From the human T2T-CHM13v2.0 reference genome, Homo sapiens: 64,000 nt of DNA. The position numbers were made by a program, and so were the translations under genes. Shown here piece by piece: positions 11,701-25,951 of the stretch. The notes beneath the pieces are model-generated. The model was not told the DNA's origin, did no database searches, and was given only the letters and a program-made list of their open reading frames with translations. Position 1 is the first letter of the stretch. Each line of letters begins with the position of its first letter. The stretch lies in the NCBI RefSeq assembly GCF_009914755.1, contig NC_060927.1. One strand, given 5' to 3'.

Positions 11701-14700
11701 TACATTATTTTTTAACTTTAATGCCAATTCTTCACTAATAACTATTATTCAATATAGAATTATTTTAAGATCCTGCTTGCCTAAATAGGCCCAGTATTTC
11801 TCCATTTCTCATATTAACAGAGTGTTTACATTCACAGACTCAAACTATGAAGGAAATGATTCCTTAGTAGTTTCTCTTGCTATTTGAATTTTATTTGTAT
11901 AGATGCATAACGGAAGAGTTCAGAGCGTAATGCAGTATTTGCTATTTTCTACCCTCCCTCCTCCATATAGGATTGCCACAGTCTAATTTCCTATTATGAT
12001 AGATTGATTTTAATGTAGTAGATTGCAAACACTGTGTTCAGGCATTCTTATTTTTAATTTCTCCTGCTTCATCCCTTTAAAAACCACAGCTGTTACTAGG
12101 ATAACAAAAATAATGTTGAATAACTGCTTACTTTTCCGCTTTCCCGGAGGGGTGGGGGAACAGCAGGTAGCATAGCCTCATCCCCAAACAGATGTTACTT
12201 TATTAAAAATTGAGTGTTTTGGAGGGAGTAGAAGGAGATTTATGCTTTAGGAGAGCAGTGAAATTAGAAGGAGTCAGAATATGATATGGACCAATTCAGC
12301 TTTTAAATTCAAGCTTTGCTTGTATTTTATTGATAGCATTTTAATTGAATTGTATTTTAGATGTGTTTGGATTAATCGAATGCCCAAGGTCCAGCCTGAT
12401 ATTAAGTAATTGCTATCATAATTAGTCAACTCAACAAGTTTTTCTAGACTCTTCATATAAAATTGCACTGGATAAGTTCTGTAGTAGATCTAAATGTAAT
12501 CGTGTATGATACAATTCTTCTTTTATGAGAGTTTAACTGATAATAACACTTTACTAAATTATTTATTACCAGAATTTTTAAGGGAATTTAATATGCGATG
12601 CATGATACATTGCTCTTTATTTAAATGTATTTCACTATACATTTGTTGGATTACATTTTGCATAGCGTCTTGTATACTTCTTTAAGGCATGAATGAGCCA
12701 TAGCTTTGAAAGTCCTTTTGTTTTGTTAGAGAATTCAGACCTGCCCCCCTTTTTTTTTAACTTAATTGTGGAAGCATTCTGAAATTTCAACTGCTAGGAA
12801 ATCGTTCTGCAATAACTTAATCTTTTTGATATCCAAATAACCAATAAAATTATATATTTTCAAATGAGTTTTTAAAATTATATCCAAGAAACTTAAAAAA
12901 AAAAAGAAAAGCACTAGCCATTCTCACTTGCATCCATCCATCCCTGAGTTAAAATTCTGAGGATTATTATCTCACCTCCTATTTGGACCTGCTTTCTAGG
13001 TTACTATTTGTTTCTATATACAAGATTAAGATAAATTATGGTAATATGCATATTTCCAATGCCATTGAAACAAAGGATTTATAATTTGTAGAAAAACTAG
13101 AAAAATCAGTCAAAATTTCAAAACTAGGCAGTCTGTAATACACTTCAAATAAATTTATTTCTTTCTGTATTTTTCAGTTGTTTCTCTTTGAAATAATCAA
13201 ATTATTAAAAGCATTCTAATCACCTTGCAATCACAATGTAGAGACAAAAGAGTGAATACGTGAAACACTGATCTTCACAATTATTGTGAACTTAAGCTGT
13301 CGTACTCTTGTAGTTACTGTGACCATCAGCAACTGAGGACAATTATGCAGAATCATTAAATTTTAGTTATAGTACTTAATTAAACACTTGCAATTTTTTG
13401 AAGGTGTTGGTATCTATTAAGTTTTTTGTTTCTACAATGCTAAATATCTTCTAGACATAATCATCATATTAGACCCTGTCATGGTTAGATTGCTGTTATT
13501 AAATGTCTCAGTCATGAAAGTCTGTCAACTGCCAATGAGGATGGAGAGTTCAAATCTTGCAATTAGTCAGTCAGCAAAAGTACATTCAGTTGTTTTTCTT
13601 AATCTTGTCAGTGTCATTTTATATCATTAGGTAAACCAAGAAAAGGAAGGCACTTATGTGGGCAATTTATTCCGTGATACTATGAACCTATAAGTAGAAC
13701 AATTATTGTTTTTCATTTGTGAGGTTAATAGAAACTTCATCCTTTGAGGTCCATAGTAAAAGCGAATGCATTCAGAAAACTATGACACGTTTAGATTAAA
13801 TATAAATATATGTTAAAATTTTCAGATTACAAATACTTAAAGGATATTTAAAGGTGTCACATCTGAATTTCAGGAAACTGTGTGAGTATTACACATATCA
13901 TTAGATTATCCAGTTTTTCCAAGCAAATATTCAGTGTTATTGTAGAAATAAGTCAAGTTTCTGGGGAAAAAATTGCTCTCTCACCCAAAAGAAAGTCCGT
14001 CTGTTCATATTCGGGAACTGTAGGTAACTAAAAGTCTTAGTCAGTGAGACTGATCATGGCTTGTTCATTTGTTGCACCCTACCAAAAAAGAGATTCTGTG
14101 AAATCAAACTACATCAAAACTTTCACAGTGGAAACTCCTTTATGGTTTCTAGAATTCTCATTGTAAACCCCTTAAACCAGCCATACCTGACAGCAATAAT
14201 CAGAGATATTTGTTTCTATAGTGAAGTAGAAATGCATCCTCTAGAACAATCCCGTCTTCATGAGTCCCATCATAACATGTGCTCTTACCTAGAAGGCTCT
14301 GTCTCTCTTCTGGTTGGCAGCCCAGGTTGGAGATGAAGCCTTGTAAGTGTGAATGCGATTAGTTACTTTCATTAAAAGATCCTCAGTAAGAAACCTCTTG
14401 ATGCCCTCCTGTGTATTTACTAGCATCATCACTTGGCAAAAATGTATATCTTTCTTTTGGCAAATGTGTGTGTGTATGCTATCTTCCTGTAAATAAGTGC
14501 CTATAAATGTTCAATAGTATTCATAAAATGTTCATTGCAACAAATTGGTGTATAAATTGCATTTATCTTTTTAATAGTTTTCTGAAGAATTTCCATTTAC
14601 TTAGTGCAAACTATATAATTTTTGTTTTGTAAAATTTCTGAAATGTTCTTCCTAGCTTTGTACTGAGTTCTCAATTTGTCTGCAAAACCGTTTATTTACT

Positions 14701-15396
14701 AAATATTAGTAATTGATGCTACTTAAAGAAAAATTAGGAGCAACAAAGAAAAAGAAGAGACATAAAAATAAAGATAATTTTTAAACCACTATTAATCCTA
14801 GTACTTAAATGAAATGTCTTTAACATTTAGATGTATTGTTTTCTAAACATGAGGAATAATATAACACAGAGAACATTATAGGTCTTTTAGAATGTATGTA
14901 TTATATTTTATATATGAATGAAATACACTAATATTCACTACAATAATGAGATAACTAGGATCATTTTAAAGCCAATTATATGAGCTTCTGGGTTTAATTG
15001 AGCTTTAGACATCTAAGTCTTTTGTAAACTCTTTTGATGCAGGAAAACCAGAAGAGAGGATTTCAGGGAACATGCGGGAGGGAGTGAGTTAGTTTGGAAT
15101 GTTAGCTTGGTGGAGAGAAGGGAGTGTTAGAACTGATGAAGCAGGTTGTGGGAAGCCAAGATGCCAAGCTGAGGAGTTTCTTCTTTATTTTATTAACTTT
15201 GCCAGTGATATTGTTTTGTTCTTGAAATTTTGGAAGAGAGATACAATCAGAGAGAAACAGGGAGACTGAATGTAGTAGAATTCTCATTGTATATTTTGTG
15301 CCATGTAAAATTACTTACATGGAAAAAAATCATTTCCTTTGGTAAAGGGCTTTCTCTTGCTCAGGTTTACTGATAACCTGGATTTTTACTAGGCCT

Positions 15397-15769
<373 letters not shown>

Positions 15770-16639
15770 TAATAGAAGTTATTTTTTTTTCCTTCTAAAA
15801 GTGATACAGTCAAGGTCCTGTTTCAGAAATTAGCAAAATTGGTTATTGTCTTTTAGCAGTTGGTTCCTTATACAAGCCTTTGAGAATTCCTTTGAAAAGA
15901 TAAATCAAATTGCCAAGTTTGATTTTTTAAAAATATATTTTCCTTCTTTCAGTTCTCATTAGATATAGATTTCAAGAAAATACTTGGGGCAGTAAATGAT
16001 TCTAGAAAGGCACTTAAAACAGTTAACTACTAAAATAGCCTATTTACATGCTTTGAGTGAATGATAAAGAGAATTAAGTTTATTTTTGTCACATTAATTC
16101 CCTTCATATCTAGAGCTCTCCAGAAAAGCTCTGCAGATAGGATGCCCAATGCACATATTCCTTGGTGACAAGTAGTCAGGATAAGTTTTATGGAAGTTTC
16201 CTAGGAATCTTTTTTTCTTTTTACAATACTTGGCTTAGTAAATCAATATTTTTGTTTGGGTTTCTGTTTAAATCACAATTCAGTACAGCTTCAGCCACTG
16301 AATCAAGATGTGAAATCCATGTACTGTGGCACACATTTCAAATTGTGTGTTTTAAAGCCTCAATCTAAGCAAATTCTAAATTCCTATGTTTTTTGAGGAT
16401 GGAATGGTACCTTAATGACCATAACATGTGGTTAGACCATATATCTAGAAGTAAATTGATTTAATTGGTCATGATAAGGACTTATATAGTACTTAATGGT
16501 AATAGATATAGAGTTCGTGCAGTCTCCTTAGGGTTAGAATTCACATGGTGCCTGTGTATGGATCCAGATCTATGCATAACTAGCTAGCCAGGAAGCAAGC
16601 TATCTCTATCTTTTAAAAACATTTACACCTATCTAAAGT

Positions 16640-16740
16640 AGAAACTTGTATTATCTTTGGAAAACTGAGGCCCCAGAAACCCTAAGTAACCTGCCTAACT
16701 CACACAGCTCTAGGAGTCATGGTGATTCCACTGAAACCCA
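16640..16740 (-). mobile_element. MIR fragment
   Basis: ggaaaactgaggccccagaa...aagtaacctgcctaactcacacagct. Confidence 0.65.
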
Positions 16741-17569
16741 TCAGCTTGACACTATGATGCAGGTTGAAATCTGCAGTGCGTTGCCTTGGGCTAGGTTAAT
16801 CTGCCCAGAGAGGTATTTTGCTGTGAGTGGATTGTATAGGAAAAGGGTTTGTGTGGCCAGACAGCAGAGAGGAAATGGATGAGGAGGCAGAGAAAATGAT
16901 GAAGCTAGTAATGAAAGCATTGACATTGATTAAATTCCACTTCTTAGAATTGTCACTGATTAACCATGTAGCTTAGCATTTTATTTAAAAATTTTCCTTA
17001 TTTCTGGCCCAGGATGCCATGAGTCCAAGGATTTAGGCTTTAAAAATGATAGGGTTAGCTCAAAAGGAAATGGATAGGTTGTGAATTATCTGACTTGGTG
17101 AATTCTAATCAGACAAACAGAGCTATTAAAATGTTTCAATAACTTTTAGGGCATTTTCAAAAATTAGTAGTTAATATTTCTGAATGGTACTGCTTTCTTT
17201 TCTGTAGGCTTTATCAACTATTGATCATGTGAAATCAACCGTGGATTCTTCTGGAGTCTTTTGGGGGGCCTTTTAAAGTAGATCAGACATTGGAACACAT
17301 AGTTCTAAGAAGGAGCCAGTACGTTCACTTTAGACATTAGAAATTATCCAACACATTCGGTTCGTTTAAGTGTATAACCGTACAAGTAATTGTTTTAACA
17401 TATTTAATTTCCATATTTGTTTTAATTAAGAAATTGTGTTCAACTTTTTCTTCTGAGTCACACTTCTTTGATTGTTTTTATGATTGCCTTGTAATCGTTC
17501 AAGAATCCCTTTTATATTGGTTAGTATGGGGCTAATTATGCATTCGCGAGTGAGCTAAATGCAGATGTA

Positions 17570-17720
17570 GTTAATTCTCACATCTACTCCATGAGGTAGG
17601 TATTAAGATCTTCACTTCAGAGACGAGGAAAACTGAGATAGAGCCTGGTTAAGTGAGTTGTTAAAATTCTATACCTAGTGAGTGGCAAAGTTTAATTACA
17701 ATTCAATGTTTTTCTACTAC
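17570..17720 (-). mobile_element. MIR
   Basis: ttaattctcaca...atgaggtaggtatta...gaggaaaactgag...agtgagtggca. Confidence 0.7.
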
Positions 17721-18603
17721 AAAATTGATCTTGTTAATCCTATTCCTTATTCTGTTCGAAGTCAGTTTTAACATTATGCATACAATTTTTGTGTTCTTTT
17801 CTACCTTTCCTGGGAGGGTTCTTGCAAGAATAAAAACATAGGGTTGTGTGGCATTTCCGGATTGTTTCCACGATTCTTGGTTATTTCCTCCATAGAAGCC
17901 ATGAACATAGAGGATACAAAAGCATTGTAGAAAGAAGTAAATCTGTCAAGAAATGTCATGCCTTTGTTTAGATTACTTCCTCATCAGTCCTTGCAGTTTA
18001 TTGAAAAATCCTGCTCTGGGTGGATTGACTATGAGCTTATATTTTATTTTATTTCTGCTGGTCATGTACTACTGCAGAGTTGTTTGTATTTAAAAAAAAA
18101 AAAAAACTCAAAGAGGGGATTTCAATCCTTAAAAGGCAAGAGGATTTTGTTTATCTTTCTAGAATTCATGCAGTGTTGAATCCAAGTCTCTTCTTTACAG
18201 CTATATTTTAAACTTTTTCAAGGCAGGGACAGTGTATTTTTATGTGAATTTTCATATACGCTAGATGCAACTCAGAATTTTATGAAATGCTTCTTGAATT
18301 AGATTTTGCACTGTACATTTTGAAGACTATCCTACCTCTTTAAACAGGGAGATACAGAAGTAAACCTATTGGGCTGGTAAAAAGGGTATGCACTTGAAAA
18401 CTTGGTGGCCTTTAGAAAGCATTGAGATATTGGACTGAGCACATCAAGGGACATATTCTGTGAAATCGTTACAGTAGCCAGCTAGTCAGATATGAGCAGA
18501 GCAGGAGAGTACCCTCCCCACAACACACACACCAGGAATGTCAGGCAGCCATCAGGCGATGGTCAGGCATTTGTTACCTGCTTCTTTAAAATAATAATTG
18601 GTT

Positions 18604-18760
18604 ATATACCCAATAATGGGATTGCTGGGTCAAATGGTATTTATGGTTCTAGATCCTTGAGGAATCACCACACTGTCATCCACAATGGTTGAACTAATTT
18701 ACACTCCTACCAAAAGTGTAAAAGCATTCCTGTTTCTCCACAATCCTCTCCAGCATCTGT
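18604..18760 (-). mobile_element. L1PA inverted 5' segment (end of ORF2)
   Basis: atatacccaataatgggattgctgggtcaaatgg...cagcatctgt is antisense L1. Confidence 0.92.
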
Positions 18761-19284
18761 ATATACCCAAAGGATTAGAAACCATTCTACTATAAAGAAA
18801 CATGCACACATATGTTTATTGCAGCACTATTCACAATAGTAAAGACTTGCAACCAACCCAAATGCCCATCAATGATAGACTGGATAAAGAAAATGTTGCA
18901 TATATACACCATGAAATACTATGCAACCGTATAAAAGGATGAGTTCATGTCCTTTGCAGGGATATGGATGAACCTGGAAACCATTATTCTCAGCAAACTA
19001 ACACAGGAAAAGAAAACCAGAAATCAAACACCACATGTTCTCACTCTTAAGTGGGGATTGAATAATGATAACACATGGACACAGGGAGGGGAACATCACA
19101 CACCGGGGCCTGTCGGGAGTGGGGTCTAGGGGAGGGATAGCATTAGGAGAAATACCTAATGTAGGTGATAGGTTGATGGGTGCAGCAAACCACAATGGCA
19201 CGTGTATACCTATGTAACAAAACTGCATATTCTGCACGTGTGTCCCAGAACTTAAAGTATAATAAAAAAAATTAAAAATAAAAT
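18761..19284 (+). mobile_element. L1PA (about PA6-PA8) 3' end with polyA
   Basis: ORF2 C-terminus and 3' UTR, gatagcattaggagaaatacctaatgta, cttaaagtataat plus A tail; 16-bp TSD aaaataataattggtt at 18588-18603 and 19285-19300. Confidence 0.95.
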
Positions 19285-19911
19285 AAAATAATAATTGGTT
19301 GCAGCCCATGTCAGGGAAAGGCAATCTCCCAGTAAACAGAAACACCTGAAACCGGTGATCAGAAACTTCTGAATATCTCAGGAGTTGGGTGAATGGGCTC
19401 AACTATGTGCACTAAAAGGCAAAATGGCAGAGTTTAACTGGTATGTGACCTTCTATGGACATTTGACTGTTAACGGAAGAATGCCTCAAGTGAGCGTGTG
19501 TACAACTCCAGTAAACACAGTGCACACGCTCCCCTCCCAAGTGCTAGCAGGCCACTGTGCATGAGGGCAGCCCACCATAGGGAAGAATCAGGAGAGAAGG
19601 GATGCAAGGCCTCAGAAGTACGCCGGCACACGAAATCCTGAGTTAAAAGGTCAAACCACGCACTTGATCTCCCAAGTCGCCCACTTGGCCCTCTTACAAG
19701 TGTACTTTACTTTCTTTCATTCCTGCTCTAAAGGTTTCTAATAAACTTTTACTCCTACTCTAAAGCTTCCCTGAGACTCTCCTTCTGCCTTATGCCCCTC
19801 AGTTGAATTCCTATTTCTGAGGAGGCAAGAATTGAGGTTGCTACAGACCCGTACAGATACATTCCACCACCAGGAACAGAATTAGTAAGCAATGATAGAC
19901 CAAACATTTTT

Positions 19912-20401
19912 CAATTAATTAATTAGTTAATTATAACTGACAAAATTATGTATTTGTGGTGTACCACATGTTTTAAAATATATATACATGTGGAATGGCT
20001 AAACCAAGCTAGTTAACATGTGCATTGTCTCACATATTTATCATTTCTTTATGGTGAGAACACTTAAAATCTACTTTCAGTGATGTTCAAGTGTACAATA
20101 CATTAACTATGGTCACTATACTGTACAACCCATCTATTGAACTTATTCTTCTATCTAGCTAAAATTTTGAAACCTCTGACCAACATTTCCCCAATTTCTC
20201 TCACACCCCAGCTTCTGTTAACCACCATTCTACTCTCTGCGTCTATGACTTCCACTGTTTAGAGTCCATGTGTAAGTGAGATCACACAGCATTTGTCTTT
20301 CTGAGTCTGGCTTCTTTCACTTAACCTAATGGTCTCCAGATTCATCCATGCTGCCATGAATGACAGGATGCCCTTGTTTTTTAAAGTCTGAATAGTTATT
20401 T

Positions 20402-20445
<44 letters not shown>

Positions 20446-20615
20446 TTTTTTTTTATCCATTCATTTATTAACATTTAGGTTGATTCTTTATCTTGGTTAT
20501 TGTGAATAATGCTGCAATGAACATTAGAGTGCAGATATCTCTTTGGTATAGTGATTTTGTGATTTTGTTTCCTTTTAAATATATACCCAGTCATGGGATT
20601 GTTGGATCATATGGA
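19912..20615 (-). mobile_element. L1MA-type 3' end
   Basis: ggtgagaacacttaaaatctact, accaccattctactctctg, gtgaataatgctgcaatgaacat. Confidence 0.88.
20404..20443. repeat. (GT)20 microsatellite
   Basis: Pure GT run inside the L1MA. Confidence 0.95.
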
Positions 20616-22619
20616 ACATTTCTATGTACCAAACATTTCAATGGAGTAATAAATCAAGATGAAAAAAGTGGAGTTTGAATCAGACCAATGGAGAGAGTTT
20701 TTTTTTTAAGTTGGCACTCTGTTCTCAAGCCTGAATTGCTTGGAATAGGTCACTTTTCCAAATTGGCACTAGGCTCGAAAATGGTTGGTTTTCAAGTTGG
20801 CATTTGCTGAAATAAAACACTAGCACCAGCATCCAGTTAAAGGTACACAAATACCATAGTTATTTTTTATTATGAGGAAAGAATTGGGGAATAATAATTC
20901 CTCATAACGCTGAGGCTGCAAAAATGTCATATGACAGTCTCTATATATAATAACTCATGGATTCTTGGTTTTTAAATAAGCATAGGGCATGGGGAAATTA
21001 TTAAAATAGAGCAAAGCCTTATGGAATATAATATCTCATGTGTAAGTTTATGTACACAGCCCCTCTATATAAACATTAAGTGTGTGTGTATTTGTAGGAT
21101 GTAAGGAGGCAAAATCATCTCTTAGTTGTGTTTATATGAAACAGATAATTTCATGATTACATTTTTTCTTCTGTGTCACTTGCAGTATGTCTTCTAACAG
21201 TTGTTGGACAACTAGCTCAGACATTTTAAGAGCCTACAGATGTCATTATTAAACTTAGTAATCAGTCTAGAAATAAACACACAAATAACAAAGGATCATA
21301 AAGGTCAGCAGTATGGCAAGGCATAAACATGGAATTCTAGAACTTGTTTTTATTATGAAAAGATGTATTTTGCAGTTCAAAGCATGTCATTCTTTGCATA
21401 TGTTCAACTGAAATATGAAAGAAGGAAAATTCCCTCCAAATGACTAAGGTAACGTTTTACAGGGGACATATGGATATTCTTAGAATTTAATGGGGGATAG
21501 GGGAACTTACCTGGAATCAATTATAGGAAATTTGGCAAAATGGAAGTAAAATATTCATTTGCTTTGCTTGTTATAATTACGTTTGTTATAAGCTTTTTAA
21601 AAATCCAAAAGAATAAAATGAAAGTAATTTCAATCAATGGGAATTAATTGTGTTCAAATAATAGCATGACAAAAGAGACATTGGAACTGATTTTGAATAA
21701 TAGATTTCAATATGTGCTGAGTAAAGCTCTAGGGCTGATGTCTTCTCTTGTCTGAAATTTTCTAATACTCTCCCCAACTGATGTTGTTTCTCCCATGTCT
21801 TGTGTTCCTTGAACATGCACTTCCCTGAAAGCAAAAATCACAGAATTGTTTGTTTACCTACCTATCCCACGAGACTATGAGTTTCTTGGAAGCAGTGATC
21901 TCTCTTACAAAACACTTTTGGATCTTCAGTTATTTTTAACACATCATGAACTTCCTATTTCATGTATAGTATTGCTAGCTCAGGGCTGAGAGAGCACAAT
22001 AAAGGATGAATAAGAACTTACAACTAAATGGACAAATAAATAAATGAGTGAATATGATAGTGTATGAATGTTGCACTGATATTTACTTATTTTGATTTGA
22101 TACATTTCATTGTAAACAGTAAAAATGTAGAGAATATTCTTCTCTGTAAAAATAAAATAGTATTTTAGAGCTTTCTTTGTAAAATATATGTAATTAATTT
22201 AAACATTACAGATGTATTTGATTCACCAAAAAATTAAAAATATCATAGTACCATTCATATCTATCTTCATATTCTAATTATGATTAAGTTTTAAATAGCA
22301 GTTATGTCTTTAAAGTGAATGTGTGTTATGTTCTGCCCTAAATATAACTTAACATTGCAGGTAGAACTCTAGTGTTTGAAAATGTTTAGAAGTCAGAATT
22401 GCAATTACTGAGTGTGGGATAAATATTAGCTATAAATATAATTATGTATAAATATAATGAATATAAATATTAGTTATAAAAAGTATAAGCCTCTTCCAAC
22501 TCTTAATGTTTATAAGTCTACTAAAAAATTAAAGATTTCTAATAGTTTAGGAGTTGGGAGGGAAAAAGGAAAAACCACAAACAATGATGTTGGAATGCAA
22601 GAAATATAATTTGATAGTG

Positions 22620-22719
22620 CAGAGGTGAGCAAAAAGGTCTGTTGGGCCAAATTCAGCAAAATTCAATGCAGAAAATATTTACTATCTGACCCATTGAAGA
22701 AAATGTTTGCTGATCCCTG
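22620..22719. mobile_element. MER58-like hAT-Charlie, internally deleted
   Basis: cagaggtgagcaaa...aaaatatttactatctgaccc...tttgctgatccctg terminal repeats. Confidence 0.6.
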
Positions 22720-22799
22720 TATGTCATGAAAAGATAAACGTGAATTTGATTTGAATGGCAAAAAGTAGAGGTATGAAGTAAAATGCATATAGTCCAAAA

Positions 22800-23175
22800 T
22801 GTATATAGTCTCCACAGAGCCATAAAGATACTCCCTGAGACTGCACAATTTATAAAGAAAGGAGGTTTAATTGACTCACAGTTCTGCATGGCTGTGGAGG
22901 CCTCAGGAAACTTACAGTCATGGCAGAAGGGGAAGGGAAAGCAAGGCACAGCCTTACATGGCTGCAGGCAAGAGAGGAAGCGAAGGGGAAGAGCTTCTTC
23001 AAAAGCACTTTAAAAGCATCAGCTCTCCTGAGAACTCACTCACTCACTGTCATGAGACGAGCATGGGGGAAACCACCCCCATAATCCGGTCACCTCCCAG
23101 CATGTCCCTTCCTTGATATATGGGATTATAATTCGAGATGAGATTTGGGTGGGGACACAGAGTCAAACCATATCA
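22800..23175 (-). mobile_element. MSTA-like MaLR solo LTR
   Basis: ggtttaattgactcacagttctgcatggctg...gagatttgggtggggacacagagtcaaaccatatca. Confidence 0.9.
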
Positions 23176-23821
23176 TAGGGATTTCTCCAGAATATTTGTG
23201 TTGTGATGCTATCTTACGTACTTATTTTTACCTTTTAAATAAAAATTGGAGTGAAAATGGCAGAGTCAGAAATTAATGGATCAATTATTTTTTTGTTTGT
23301 ATCAAAGTTTGAGATAATAAAGATAAATATTTTATCAACATGGCCTTATTAATACTGTATATTCAATGCAAAAGGAGTGCTGACTGGAAAACAATTTCAA
23401 TTAGTAATACTTATTAATTGGATGCTAAGCCTAATTCTGTCCTTGTTTTATTTTTTTTCCCAAGATATTAAAATATATTTACCTATAAGTTGAAAAGTAA
23501 AAATATGACTGCAGGTGGCTCATTTTGTTTTCACATATTTTGAAAGTTCTAGGCTATGGTGCCCCTTTTTGTCCCCACTTCATGCTTTCCCATTTCTCGG
23601 AGACAAGTCACAATTTCTAACTATTTTTGCTCTTTGAATTATTTTATGCTTCTTTGTAGCAATGTGAGGCTTGGAAGAAAATGTACAGTACATGACTTTC
23701 TCAAAGTTTACATTTTAAATTTAACACATTGGACCTTGCATTTCGAGTTCAGGTTGCACTAATGAGATTTCTTTATGAGCAAAGACAGGAGAAATGTTTA
23801 ACGTTTTTAATAGCTGTAACT

Positions 23822-23945
23822 CTTTTTATATATAGATATAGGGTCTTGCTATGTTGCCCAGGCTGGTCTTAAACTCCTGGGCTCAAGCAAACCTGCTGCC
23901 TTGGCCTCCCAAAGTGCTGGAATTACAAGAGTGAACCACCCAGGC
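23822..23945 (-). mobile_element. FLAM_C
   Basis: gggtcttgctatgttgcccaggctggtc...ccaaagtgctggaattaca; left monomer only. Confidence 0.88.
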
Positions 23946-25530
23946 AATAATTCTTTTTTATGTTTGTGGATATATATCTATCCTAAGTGACAAAGGAATG
24001 GACAGTATTCACATTGCCTCATGCTTTCAAAGAATATATGGTGCAGGGACATCTAGAAAATGGGCTTTTGGTGGATTAAAAGAAAGTCATGAGTGGGTTG
24101 GCCAAATGATTTCTAAAAAAAAATCAACTCTAGAGTAGTTTTCTCTAAGCCTTTTAGAATCGTTTCTTTAGATATTTATATGATCTTATAAACAAATATC
24201 ATAAAATTATGGTTCCAATTTACTGACACATTGCCTTGCTGGAAATGTGGTTTCATGCCAAGAACAAATATGAAAAATGTAGCAAAGCTAATTACAGTAC
24301 AACATGTGTCCATCATTTGATCTTTTGGAGGAGTTAAGGGAAATTCAAAAGAAAAATTATCATGTGCAAATAAAGAGAGCTTAGCTATCTTGCCTACTGG
24401 CCTAAGGTTTCTCCATCACTCCTGCAGCGTTTACTTTATGTATCAGGAGTTAATTAAGGTGAAACATGAGGTAATTAGGGCTAATCCTCCCAGCCTCCTG
24501 CTGGCTTGTTGCCTCCCAGGCTATTGCCTAAACCAAACTATGTTCGCAGTTTTAAAAAATAATGCTCGTGTTTATTTTAGACATTACTCTTAACTTTTAA
24601 AGTTGCCTTATTCATTTTAAATAGGACTTTCCATGGAAAAAGTATAAAGAATGATCAAACTTTAGTTTTGATTTAAAAAGTAAAACAAGACTCATTAATA
24701 TATAGGTGGTCATTGACAGAATTGTAAGTTTACACTTGTTCACTTTACGTGTTACTAACAGATTTAATAAAATTTGCATTAGTATAAATCTTTAGCTTTG
24801 ATTATGCTGGAAAGGTGCATGCACTTCCCAAGAAAATAATATTTCTTATACAGATTTCTCAATATATTATGCATTTGGATGTGTATCAGGGTAATTGGAG
24901 GGAGGATCAGAGAACAAAAACAAAAACAAAAAATAAACAAACAAAAAAACCTTCCATGAACTGCATTTAGGTATTTTATCTTTGAGGAACATTCTAACTT
25001 TTAGATTTCACTAAATAGATCTGGTAAGTAGTGACTGATTTATTCTCCTTAAAATAAATACATCGCTTGTGTCAAATATTTTTAATTCCACACTAAATTG
25101 TTTGTGCGTGTGTATGTGTCGTTTATATTTTCACTTTTTCAATGAAAGTAAAGAATAAAAAGGTTTTCTATCCTTGTTGTTTCTCTAAGTTGAAATAAAA
25201 GCATGTGCTTTTTTATTACCCTAGTCTTATAATTTACCAATCATAATAGAATCTGTACTCTTGCCAAAGACATTTCATTAGGATGTGAAGACTTTAGAAT
25301 TGACACCCCCTCACATATTAATTAAAAAGCAAATTGCAGGTAAGCAGTCATGACATTTATAAAAGGGGGAACTTACATGGGTAAAATCTCTTTTGTTGTA
25401 TTTTATAATATACTATCAGGACTGGGACTAATAATTCTATTATAAATTTGATTTGGGGAGATGTTTGTTTTCCCAATTGCTATCAAAATTTGACTTTTAT
25501 TTAGCCTACATTGACTTCTTCTGTTCCATC

Positions 25531-25859
25531 TTTTTATTTATTTGTCTGTTTTATTATTTTTTTAGAGACAGGGTTTCACTCTGTGGCACAGTCTGGATTG
25601 CAGTGGCTTGATGATAGCTGGCTGCAGCCTCCCTTAATCTCCTGGGATCAAGGGATCTTCCTGCCTCAGCCTCTTGCATAGCTGGGGCTACAGGCATTCA
25701 CCACTGTGGCTGGCTAATTTTTTAAGTTTTAAAATTTTTTATAGAGGTAGGTCCTTGCTTTGTTGCCCAGGCTAGTCTCAAACTCATGGCTTCAAGTGAT
25801 CCTCTTGCCTCGTCCTCCCAAAGTGCTGAAATTACAGGTGTGAGCCATCATACCTGGAA
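25531..25859 (-). mobile_element. AluJo-like, full length
   Basis: Dimeric diverged Alu; TSD tccatctttt. Confidence 0.93.
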
Positions 25860-25911
25860 TCCATCTTTTATATGTACTCTTAAAAGAATTGTTTATGCTA
25901 GCATCTTGAAA

Positions 25912-25918
25912 TACATAC

Positions 25919-25949
<31 letters not shown>

Positions 25950-25951
25950 TA
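25912..25951. repeat. (TA)n microsatellite
   Basis: Interrupted TA run. Confidence 0.9.

Larger units (their letters stand above)
18467..19878 (+). mobile_element. MER50-like ERV1 solo LTR, interrupted by L1
   Basis: gttacagtagccagctagtcagatatgagcagagcaggagag start; aataaac at ~19740; gaattgaggttgctacagacccgtac...aaca end. Confidence 0.85.

Noticed and set aside
18947-19402. ORFs with L1 ORF2-like peptide (MSFAGIWMNLETIILSKLTQ)
   Set aside because: Remnant of a truncated, inverted L1; not a gene.
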